Of a DNA stretch of 49,498 nt, positions 23,666 to 34,013 are shown in pieces (positions within the stretch are counted from its first letter, which is position 1; each line of letters opens with the position of its first letter). Made by a program: the position numbers and the translations under genes. The stretch comes from Candidatus Subterrananammoxibius californiae (GTDB taxonomy: Bacteria > Planctomycetota > Brocadiia > Brocadiales > Subterrananammoxibiaceae): NCBI GenBank assembly GCA_030586555.1, contig JAURAC010000026.1, forward strand, positions 1-49,498, read 5' to 3'. Below the pieces are notes generated by a model. It was not told the DNA's origin, did no database searches, and saw nothing but the letters and a program-made list of their open reading frames with translations.

Positions 23666-25240
23666 ATGAATAAAAATAACCATAAAATAGCCGTAATTGG
23701 GCTTGATGGTGCAACCTTTGACCTTCTTACTCCATGGATTAATCAAGGGAAACTTCCGACCTTTAAGAGGCTCATGGATATGGGCTGCTGGGGCCCGTTA
23801 GAAAGCACTTTTCCTCCTAGTACTCCTCCCGCATGGGCGTCTTTTATGACAGGTAAAAATCCAGGTAAGCATGGTATTTTTGACTTTATTGATATTAAAG
23901 GAAATGGACTAAGACTTATCAATTCTAAAAGAATTGGCAAAGGAAAGGTTTGGAATTACCTGTCTACTTATGGAAAGAAATGCATTATTTTGAATGTTCC
24001 TTTAACGTATCCCCCCGACCCTCTTAAGGATGGAATTATGGTTACAGGTATGCTGACTCCGCCGAGCAAGCCGTTTACTTATCCCGAAGACCTGGCAGAT
24101 AAAATAAAAATGAATGTAGGGCAATATCGCATAGACGTGGATTCAAAGAACAAAAAGAAACAAAAAGATGCGTATCTGAAAGATATATATGAAACAACAG
24201 AACTCAGGACACGTTGCGCTAAATATTTGCTACAGAATTATCAATGGGATTTCTTCATGATGGTTTACACATCTACGGATAGGTTGCAACACGTATTCTG
24301 GAACAACCATGACATCATGCTCGACTACTACATAAAATTGGACGAACACATTGGCGAACTAATCGAATGTCTTGGACACAATGTTTCAATTATTTTTATT
24401 TCTGACCATGGATTCAGGGGTATTAGGCAAAGGTTGTTTTTAAATAAATGGCTTGAAAAGGAAGGTTATCTTACTTTAAAAAGGGTTTGGACAAGAAAAA
24501 AGACTTCCCTCAGATGGAAATTATTAGTAGGAAAAGACCGGAATAAACAAAAAAGTTTATTTAATACCTTTTTTGATTTTATCCACTTCAAAAGAAGATG
24601 GGGCATTGATTGGAAGTCAACAAGAGCCTACTCTAAGAACCCAGAAGGATGTATTTATATTAATACGAAAGGAAGAAACGAAACAGGTATTGTAAACATG
24701 GGAAGAGAATATGAAGACTTAAGGGATGAAATAATCAGCAAGCTGACACACTTTGAATCTCCCTTTAACGGTAAAAAGGTATTTGATAGAATCCTAAAAA
24801 AAGAAGATGTTTATAACGGTCCGTATCTTGACGTAGCACCTGATATTTTGCTGCAGTGTAGCGATGATTCAATGATTATCCTTAAAAGGCAACTTGGTAA
24901 AAAGGAGCTCTTTAAGAATTATGATGATAGGTTTTTATCAAGTGGTCATTCTCTTAACGGTATATTTTTGTTAACAGGACCTTTTGTCAAAAAAGATACG
25001 AATATTAAAGGCCAGAAAATTCAGGATATCGCCCCAACAATAATGTATCTCATGGGCTTACCGATTCCTGAAGATATGGATGGAATGGTGTTAAAGAATG
25101 TGTTTGAAGAAAGCTATCTTGAGAAACATCCGCTGAGATATGAGAAAATGTTAACCGAAAAACAAAATGATGTAGATGTATATTCTAATGAAGATGAGCA
25201 GGAGATAAAAGCCCATCTTGAAGGCCTGGGATATTTATAA
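23666..25240 (+). CDS. Alkaline phosphatase superfamily type I phosphodiesterase/nucleotide pyrophosphatase
   Basis: VIGLDGATF, STFPPSTPPAWASFMTGKNPGKHGIFDF, SDHGF, C-terminal LEGLGYL. Confidence 0.9.
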   Translation: MNKNNHKIAVIGLDGATFDLLTPWINQGKLPTFKRLMDMGCWGPLESTFPPSTPPAWASFMTGKNPGKHGIFDFIDIKGNGLRLINSKRIGKGKVWNYLSTYGKKCIILNVPLTYPPDPLKDGIMVTGMLTPPSKPFTYPEDLADKIKMNVGQYRIDVDSKNKKKQKDAYLKDIYETTELRTRCAKYLLQNYQWDFFMMVYTSTDRLQHVFWNNHDIMLDYYIKLDEHIGELIECLGHNVSIIFISDHGFRGIRQRLFLNKWLEKEGYLTLKRVWTRKKTSLRWKLLVGKDRNKQKSLFNTFFDFIHFKRRWGIDWKSTRAYSKNPEGCIYINTKGRNETGIVNMGREYEDLRDEIISKLTHFESPFNGKKVFDRILKKEDVYNGPYLDVAPDILLQCSDDSMIILKRQLGKKELFKNYDDRFLSSGHSLNGIFLLTGPFVKKDTNIKGQKIQDIAPTIMYLMGLPIPEDMDGMVLKNVFEESYLEKHPLRYEKMLTEKQNDVDVYSNEDEQEIKAHLEGLGYL

Positions 25241-25390
25241 GAAGATGTATAATTCGTCGTAATAATGATTTTAAAGTAGTCAAAAAATGAAGTTCTCTAC
25301 CACTACTTGTAACCGTCTTATCGGTCTAATAAGTTTTGGCTACTGGCTAAACTCCAAAATATGGAGCTTTTGAACACAAAAGAATCAAGA

Positions 25391-25438
25391 ATAAAACTGC
25401 CTTTATTAGATTTGAAGGCACTGTATAAAACCCTCCGC
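25391..25438 (+). pseudogene. Displaced 5'-end relic of the DegT aminotransferase gene
   Basis: IKLPLLDLKALYKTLR versus MEVPLLDLKTQYKDLR; 20 bp identical (25398-25417 = 26034-26053). Confidence 0.85.
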
Positions 25439-25448
25439 TGCCTGACCT

Positions 25449-25754
25449 ATGAAAAAATACTTTAAGGTTAAAACTCAATTAAATGTAGAGATAAGAACCA
25501 CAAAAGAGTATTGGGACTATCTTGTCACTAAAAAGCATAGAGTTATGAATGGTAAGGATAAGGTGGTTATTGAAACCCTAAAGAATACAGACGAGATTAA
25601 AAGAAGTAAGATAGATGAAAATATTTTTCTGTATTATAAACAACACGATAGGTTATATTGTGTTGTAGCTAAATATGCCGGAAAAGATGGTTTTTTTATA
25701 ACAGCATATCTGACCGATAAAGTTAAGGAGGGCGAAACTACATGGACAAAGTAA
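25449..25754 (+). CDS. Putative toxin (DUF4258-like) of a toxin-antitoxin pair
   Basis: Small basic protein, KH, FFITAYLTDKVKEG; overlaps a DUF2283-like gene. Confidence 0.7.
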   Translation: MKKYFKVKTQLNVEIRTTKEYWDYLVTKKHRVMNGKDKVVIETLKNTDEIKRSKIDENIFLYYKQHDRLYCVVAKYAGKDGFFITAYLTDKVKEGETTWTK

Positions 25755-25954
25755 TTGTATACTATCATAAGGAAACCGACACCATGGATATATGGTTTGG
25801 TAACCCAGAAGATGAATACATCTGTGAAGAGGCAGGTGAAGGGGTTATTTTGAAAAAAAATAAAGAAGGCAAAGTAATAGGCATCGAGAAGCTTTATGTA
25901 ACTAAAACACTCGGTATCAAACAACCATTACCAGTCGAAGTTGTTGTTGCTTAA
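25742..25954 (+). CDS. DUF2283-like putative antitoxin
   Basis: YHKETDTMDIWF...GVILKKNKEGKVIGIE. Confidence 0.78.
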   Translation: MDKVIVYYHKETDTMDIWFGNPEDEYICEEAGEGVILKKNKEGKVIGIEKLYVTKTLGIKQPLPVEVVVA

Positions 25955-26026
25955 TATAAATATTGAAAGTTCATGATGAATAAACTTAAACAGGCTATTG
26001 ACGAAATGACCGTAGATGATTTAAAA

Positions 26027-27160
26027 ATGGAAGTGCCTTTATTAGATTTGAAGACGCAGTATAAAGACCTAAGGGATGAAATTAGGGCAGCTATTGATGA
26101 AGTTTGCGATAGCCAGCAATTCATTTTGGGTTCCAAAGTCAAGGCTTTTGAGCAATTGATAGCCCTCTACTCACATACTAAACATGCCGTCGGAGTATCG
26201 TCAGGCACGGATGCATTATTGGTATCATTAATGGCATTAGATGTTAAGCCAGAAGAAGAAATCATTACCCCAACCTACTCATTTTTCTCCACGGCTGGTG
26301 TCATAGCTCGGCTGGGAGCAAAGCCTGTTTTTGTAGATATTGACCCCCTAACCTACAACATCAACCCATCCTTGATAGAAAAACTGATAACAAAAAGAAC
26401 AAAGGCAATAATGCCCGTACATCTATACGGGCAATGCTGCGACATGACGCCTATCCTCGATACTGCCTATCGCCACAGTTTATTCGTTATAGAGGATGCT
26501 GCACAGGCTATTGGCGCAAGATATAAGAATGAACGTGTAACAGGAAGCATGGGAGATATGGGTTGTTTCTCCTTCTTTCCCTCTAAGAACTTAGGGGCAT
26601 TTGGTGACGCTGGTATGGTAGTAACCAACAACAGTGAATTGGCTTCAAAAATAGAAATCCTCAGAACACATGGAAGTAACCCGAAATATTACCATAATGT
26701 GGTTGGAGGAAATTTCAGATTGGATGCCTTGCAGGCTGCCATCCTTCACGTAAAGTTGAAGTATCTGGATAAATGGACACTTAAAAGGCAGAAGAATGCA
26801 GAAACCTATAACAAGCTTTTTACCGATGCAGGGCTAACAGGCAAAGGTCTCGGTTCCCCCGTAGGGTTGCCTTATACAGCCACGGGAAATCGCCATATAT
26901 TTAACCAGTACGTTATCCGTGCAATAGACCGGAATAACCTTCAAGGCTTCTTAAAAGCCAATGGCATCGGCACCGAGGTCTATTACCCCCTTCCGCTGCA
27001 TCTACAAGAATGTTTTAGCAACCTTGGCTACAAAGAAGGGGACTTCCCTGAATCGGAAAAAGCAGCAAAAGAAACCCTTGCATTACCCATTTATCCAGAG
27101 CTAACACATGAGCAGCAAGAATATGTAGTAAATAAGCTAAAAGAGTTTTATTCAAGATAA
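26027..27160 (+). CDS. DegT/DnrJ/EryC1/StrS PLP-dependent sugar aminotransferase
   Basis: VSSGTDAL, IEDAAQAIG, SFFPSKNLGAFGDAG; start set at MEVPLLDL. Confidence 0.95.
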   Translation: MEVPLLDLKTQYKDLRDEIRAAIDEVCDSQQFILGSKVKAFEQLIALYSHTKHAVGVSSGTDALLVSLMALDVKPEEEIITPTYSFFSTAGVIARLGAKPVFVDIDPLTYNINPSLIEKLITKRTKAIMPVHLYGQCCDMTPILDTAYRHSLFVIEDAAQAIGARYKNERVTGSMGDMGCFSFFPSKNLGAFGDAGMVVTNNSELASKIEILRTHGSNPKYYHNVVGGNFRLDALQAAILHVKLKYLDKWTLKRQKNAETYNKLFTDAGLTGKGLGSPVGLPYTATGNRHIFNQYVIRAIDRNNLQGFLKANGIGTEVYYPLPLHLQECFSNLGYKEGDFPESEKAAKETLALPIYPELTHEQQEYVVNKLKEFYSR

Positions 27161-27234
27161 GATTCATTATGGAGTGCAGCTACCATGTCGCTGCTAATTG
27201 CATTAACACGGTTAACGCACTCCAAAAATATGTT

Positions 27235-29025
27235 ATGAAGAAAACATTAGACATCAAGGGTTTTCATGCCTTTAAAAGGTTGCTTAAATACGTTCATAGG
27301 TACTGGTTCAGAATGCTTTTAGCCGTAGTTTTTATGGGCATTATATCTGCCCTCGACGGAGTTACGGCATTCTTAGTTAAGCCCGTCATTGACGACTTAT
27401 TCTTGAGTAAAAAAGTGCTCATACTGATACTATTACCCATAGCCATTGTTTGTATATACGGTCTGAAAGGAATATGTGATTTCTGGCAAAATTACTTAGT
27501 CAATTATGTAGGTAGCCGGGTTGTAACAAAACTCAGAGACCAGCTTTACAAGCATATACAAACATTGTCCCTATCTTACTTCACTAACAATTCTACTGGA
27601 TACATAACGTCGAGGGTTATTCACGATACAGGAGAGGTCTGGAGGTCAATAACAACGTCTATACCAGATATGGTGAAACAGGGTTTTACTATCATTGCTC
27701 TGACAGCCGTTGCATTCTACAGGGATTGGAAAATGGCTTGTGTTGCAATAATTATTCTACCCTTAGCCTCCGTGCTAATTACAAAAATAGGTAGAAAGAT
27801 TAAAAAGCTAAGTAAAAAGAGGATGCATACTACTGGAAATCTTAGTACCTTAGTTAATGAAGGCATTTCAGGCATCAAGATTGTCAAGGCATTTTGCACA
27901 GAGGACTATGAACACGAGCGTTTTGCAAATGAGAACGAGAAACTTTTTACACTTTCAATGAAAGCCACAAAGGTATCGAGCTTATCTTCTCCAATTATAG
28001 AAATATTCGGCGGTATCACCACTGCTGCTATCATTGCCTATGGTGGCTCTACGGTAATTAGCGGAAGTTCCACGCCGGGAGAGTTCTTTTCCTTTATGAT
28101 AGCAATTTTCTTACTTTATCGTCCTGTAAAACAACTGGGTAAGACCTCCTACGCCATACAAAACGGCATCGGTGCCGCAGAAAGAATCTTTCAACTCATG
28201 GATACGGAGCCAGAGGTAAAAGAAAAAACAAATGCACCAGAGCTCCAACCAATCAGACAATCCATAGAATTCAAAGACGTTTGCTTTAAATATCACCATA
28301 AGTTAGTCCTTCAAGATATAAACCTGAAGGTTAATCCGGGTGAAATCGTTGCCATTGTAGGTACAAGTGGCGTGGGCAAGACAACCCTTGTAAACCTTAT
28401 ACCACGATTTTACGATGTAACGGCAGGTTCAATCTTATTTGACGGAATTGATATAAGGAATGCAACCCTCCACTCACTGAGAAAGCAAATTGCCATTGTC
28501 ACCCAACAAACAATCCTTTTTAATGACACCGTAAGGAACAACATTGCTTATGGCAGTATTGAAAAACCCGATGAGGACGTAATTCGTGCCGCAAAGATAG
28601 CAAATGCTCATAGGTTCGTTGAGGAATTACCAAGTGGGTACGCTACCCTTATCGGCGAAAATGGCGTCAAGCTTTCTGGAGGACAGCAGCAACGGATTTC
28701 CATTGCCCGTGCAGTCCTGAAGGATGCCCCCATTCTCATCCTTGATGAAGCAACCTCATCCCTGGACGCCGAATCAGAAAGAGAGGTACAGAACGCCCTT
28801 GACCATCTCATGGAAAACCGCACTACTTTTGTAATTGCACATCGTTTATCAACCATTAAGAACGCGGACCGCATTATAGTCCTTCAAGATGGCAAGATTG
28901 TTGAGGAAGGCACACACGAAGAATTAATCCAGCACGGCAAGGAATACAAAAAACTCTATGAACTCCAGTTCACAGAACAAAAACCACGTTTACAGGACAT
29001 GGTTTTTGCTAATGGTGAACAATAA
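27235..29025 (+). CDS. msbA: Lipid A export ABC transporter MsbA
   Basis: Transmembrane domain plus Walker A GTSGVGKT, LSGGQQQR, ILDEATS; LPS context. Confidence 0.85.
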   Translation: MKKTLDIKGFHAFKRLLKYVHRYWFRMLLAVVFMGIISALDGVTAFLVKPVIDDLFLSKKVLILILLPIAIVCIYGLKGICDFWQNYLVNYVGSRVVTKLRDQLYKHIQTLSLSYFTNNSTGYITSRVIHDTGEVWRSITTSIPDMVKQGFTIIALTAVAFYRDWKMACVAIIILPLASVLITKIGRKIKKLSKKRMHTTGNLSTLVNEGISGIKIVKAFCTEDYEHERFANENEKLFTLSMKATKVSSLSSPIIEIFGGITTAAIIAYGGSTVISGSSTPGEFFSFMIAIFLLYRPVKQLGKTSYAIQNGIGAAERIFQLMDTEPEVKEKTNAPELQPIRQSIEFKDVCFKYHHKLVLQDINLKVNPGEIVAIVGTSGVGKTTLVNLIPRFYDVTAGSILFDGIDIRNATLHSLRKQIAIVTQQTILFNDTVRNNIAYGSIEKPDEDVIRAAKIANAHRFVEELPSGYATLIGENGVKLSGGQQQRISIARAVLKDAPILILDEATSSLDAESEREVQNALDHLMENRTTFVIAHRLSTIKNADRIIVLQDGKIVEEGTHEELIQHGKEYKKLYELQFTEQKPRLQDMVFANGEQ

Positions 29026-29035
29026 ACAATAATTT

Positions 29036-29809
29036 ATGAACGAAAAAATAAAAAACTGTTTGGGTATTACGATTATTATTATCTTAATCGTTTTTGCTTT
29101 TTCAATGGTGAGTTTTGTCAAATTTTATTCTAAATCAATTGAACCTTCCTCTTTTCGTAGTTTTTCAACTTCAGGAGAAGGAAAGGCTATGGCTATTCCT
29201 GATATGGCTCAATTTACCTTTAGTGTAATAACTGAAGGGGGAAAAGATATAGCTAATCTCCAGAAAGAAAATACCGAGAAAGTTAATAAAGCAATTGAAT
29301 TTTTAAAAACAAATAATATCGAAGCAAAAGATATTAAAACTCAAAATTATAATTTGACACCCAGATATCAATACTTCAGACCTCCAGAAAATGGCGGTCC
29401 TGTTCCGCCTCCGGAAATAGTTGGTTATACTGTAACCCAAGCCGTTTTAGTCAAAATAAGAGACTTTGAAAAAATCGGAGACACCCTCTCTGGTGTCATT
29501 CAAAATGGAGCCAATTCAGTCTCTCAACTTTTTTTTACAATTGACGACCCGACTAATCTTCAAAACCAAGCTCGACATGAAGCTATAGAAAAAGCAAAAG
29601 AGAAAGCAAAAGAAACAGCAAAAGCAGCTGGTTTTCGTCTTGGTAAATTACTGTCAATTCAAGCAGGAGGTTTCACACCAATCCCGCAAATTTACAGGGC
29701 TGAAGCGCTTGGAAAAACAACGGCATTAGATGAGTCAACCACCCCTATTATTGAACCGGGTTCTCAAGAAATAACCGTCAACATCACACTAACATACGAA
29801 TTCAAATAG
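29036..29809 (+). CDS. SIMPL (DUF541) domain protein
   Basis: SGEGKAMAIPDMA, AIEKAKEKA, IEPGSQEITVNITLTYE. Confidence 0.9.
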   Translation: MNEKIKNCLGITIIIILIVFAFSMVSFVKFYSKSIEPSSFRSFSTSGEGKAMAIPDMAQFTFSVITEGGKDIANLQKENTEKVNKAIEFLKTNNIEAKDIKTQNYNLTPRYQYFRPPENGGPVPPPEIVGYTVTQAVLVKIRDFEKIGDTLSGVIQNGANSVSQLFFTIDDPTNLQNQARHEAIEKAKEKAKETAKAAGFRLGKLLSIQAGGFTPIPQIYRAEALGKTTALDESTTPIIEPGSQEITVNITLTYEFK

Positions 29810-29882
29810 CTATTTAAGGGAAACTAAAAATTGGAAGAAACGGGATTCTTTGCTATTGTAGAGAAAATGAAATAATATCCAT

Positions 29883-29942
29883 TGTAAGGGCAGACCTATG
29901 CGTCTGCCCACAAAAAGGGCGAACACACGGGTTCGCCCTTAC
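29883..29942. repeat. Double-hairpin REP/REPIN-like element between convergent genes
   Basis: GGGCAGAC..GTCTGCCC plus AAGGGCGAAC..GTTCGCCCTT, bracketed by GTAAG/CTTAC; similar layout at 49113-49168. Confidence 0.65.
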
Positions 29943-29990
29943 CCTATCGAAAAAACGAGGTGACAGCCTACTTTAAGTCTTAATAATTGA

Positions 29991-30404
29991 TTATATATCA
30001 GAAAGCAGTTCTATATGGTTAGGTTCGTTGGCAGATGTATAAAGTTTTTTATCGGCGGTAATAAGCTTGGTATCCAATTCTTTGGCAAGAGCAAGGTAGG
30101 ATGCGTCATAGATGCTAATCTGTTTACTAAAGGCAAGTTCAATGGCGGATAAAACAAAATCTATAGAAGGGTTAATCAAATCTATCTCTAATTCATATAA
30201 ATCCTGAAGACATCCTTTGATCTCTAAGGGGGTAAATATTTTACTAAAAAGAAGAACATTGGCTACTTCGTATATAAGTAGGTCAGGTGCAATAAGGATG
30301 GTTTTGCTATTTATGTGATTATCCTTTAAGAGAAGGGCTTTTGCTGAATCTTTTTCTTCGATAAACCATTTGATTACCACCGAGGCATCAATAACAAGCA
30401 TCAT
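29991..30404 (-). CDS. VapC-family PIN toxin
   Basis: VIDASVVIKWF, YEVANVL, YDASYLALA, LITADKKL. Confidence 0.92.
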   Translation of the reverse strand: MMLVIDASVVIKWFIEEKDSAKALLLKDNHINSKTILIAPDLLIYEVANVLLFSKIFTPLEIKGCLQDLYELEIDLINPSIDFVLSAIELAFSKQISIYDASYLALAKELDTKLITADKKLYTSANEPNHIELLSDI

Positions 30405-30562
30405 TTACGAGCCTCTCGCATTTGTCGTATTATCTCTACAGTATTCCATCCTTTAGGCGCCTTTTTTCGCCTCCGGTCAATATCTTTTGAAGCGTTTTTC
30501 ATCTTTGCAGGATTGCGGACCCTATTTTCTACTATTTCAAGTATCTTTGATATTGTTCTCAT
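30401..30562 (-). CDS. Small putative antitoxin (53 aa, not in the ORF track)
   Basis: MRTISKILEIVENRVRNPAKMKNASKDIDRRRKKAPKGWNTVEIIRQMREARK; ATGA overlap with the PIN gene. Confidence 0.75.
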   Translation of the reverse strand: MRTISKILEIVENRVRNPAKMKNASKDIDRRRKKAPKGWNTVEIIRQMREARK

Positions 30563-30583
30563 TTTTTATATCACTTTGTGTGA

Positions 30584-30612
30584 AAATTAGCACATAATGT
30601 AATGTTTGTCAA
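30584..30612 (-). promoter_or_regulatory. Promoter of the toxin-antitoxin pair
   Basis: TTGACA-17 bp-TAATTT with extended TG; near-copy at 47945-47973. Confidence 0.6.
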
Positions 30613-30664
30613 ATTAAATTATCCTGTAAACTTATACTCCAAACCTGAACCAGTATGTGAATAT

Positions 30665-32785
<2,121 letters not shown>

Positions 32786-32829
32786 TTATTCCTTTTCCCC
32801 TACCTGCTACCTACTATCTACTTATTCTA

Positions 32830-32970
32830 TGTATGATAATGTCCTATTTGGCAAAAGTAGAAATGTCCTATTCCTAAAACAAGTTCAGGACAAGCTTAGA
32901 GATGCTATAATGCACTTCCTGGAAGGGGGGGCAATACGACAGGAAAGGATATTTTTACGTTGCTAACACA
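32830..32970. mobile_element. IS1202/ISNCY-like non-autonomous remnant
   Basis: TGT...ACA ends, AATGTCCTATT twice (32838, 32862), inverted AGGATATTT near the right end. Confidence 0.5.
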
Positions 32971-32985
32971 GGTGTGTAAAAAACG

Positions 32986-33014
32986 TTGACAAAATCATTT
33001 ATCGCTGTTACCAT
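32986..33014 (+). promoter_or_regulatory. Promoter for tyrA-purL
   Basis: TTGACA-17 bp-TACCAT. Confidence 0.55.
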
Positions 33015-33102
33015 AACTGCCTCAATTTTTTTGACTATTTTTATGGTATAGTATGGTATATTGTAAAAAAGGTCTCTAACCTTTTAAAATGTAAGGAAAC
33101 GA

Positions 33103-34011
33103 ATGTTAGGTACAGTTGCCATAGTAGGCACGGGGCTTATTGGTGGCTCTATAGCCCTGGGCATAAAAAAGAGGATGCTTGCAAGTCGAGTGGTCGGTAT
33201 AGGGCATCAAAAATCCTCCATTGAAAAAGCCCGCCAGCTAAAGGCTGTTGATGCCTGTACACTCGATATAACCGAGGGTGTGCGGAACGCTGATATCGTT
33301 ATCCTTGCAACCCCTGTAAATCTTATAGTGGAACTTGCCCGGGAGGCGATTCCACACATGAAGGGCTCAGCAATCCTTACCGATGTGGGCAGCACAAAAT
33401 CGCATATCGTTACCGAAATTAAAAAAAGCCTGAGAAATGACTTGTTCTTTGTTGGTGGACATCCTATGGCTGGTTCTGAGCAAAGGGGTATTGAATGGGC
33501 TTCGGCAGACCTTTTTGAAGGCTCTACGTGCATTTTAACCCCTGACGGCTCATCCGCCTCATGCGGAAAGAATGCCTTGAAAAAAATCGCCACAATGTGG
33601 GAATCGCTCGGCGCAAATGTCAAATTCCTCTCGCCAGAGGAACATGACGAGGTCATTGCATACGTTAGCCATTTACCACATTTTATTGCATCCTCTCTTG
33701 TGAATGTTATAAAGGAAGATTACTGGCAATATGCGGCAGGAGGGCTAAGGGATACCACAAGGATTGCATCAAGCGATGCTGACCTTTGGTTAAGTATTTA
33801 TGGACAAAATCGTGCTAAAATTATTAGCGCTATAGACGTCTTCTTAGATAAGATTTCTGCTTTTAAGGCAGCCCTCGCAAATAAAGATGACGCAAAGATA
33901 CTTGAAATGCTAAAAAGGGGCAAACAGATAAGAGACTCTTACGTCTCCCCACCCAATCCCTCCCCCTCGAAGGGGGAGGGAAAGGGAGAGGGTGGAATTT
34001 TTCCTGTTTAA
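33103..34011 (+). CDS. tyrA: Prephenate/arogenate dehydrogenase
   Basis: GTGLIGGS, TDVGSTK, GGHPMAGSE, SHLPH, RDTTRIA; repeat-derived C-terminal tail. Confidence 0.93.
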   Translation: MLGTVAIVGTGLIGGSIALGIKKRMLASRVVGIGHQKSSIEKARQLKAVDACTLDITEGVRNADIVILATPVNLIVELAREAIPHMKGSAILTDVGSTKSHIVTEIKKSLRNDLFFVGGHPMAGSEQRGIEWASADLFEGSTCILTPDGSSASCGKNALKKIATMWESLGANVKFLSPEEHDEVIAYVSHLPHFIASSLVNVIKEDYWQYAAGGLRDTTRIASSDADLWLSIYGQNRAKIISAIDVFLDKISAFKAALANKDDAKILEMLKRGKQIRDSYVSPPNPSPSKGEGKGEGGIFPV

Positions 34012-34013
34012 AA

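Noticed and set aside
25287..25372. Short ORF with IGLISFGYW resembling a Gfo/Idh/MocA N-terminus
   Set aside because: Too short and degenerate to support without a search
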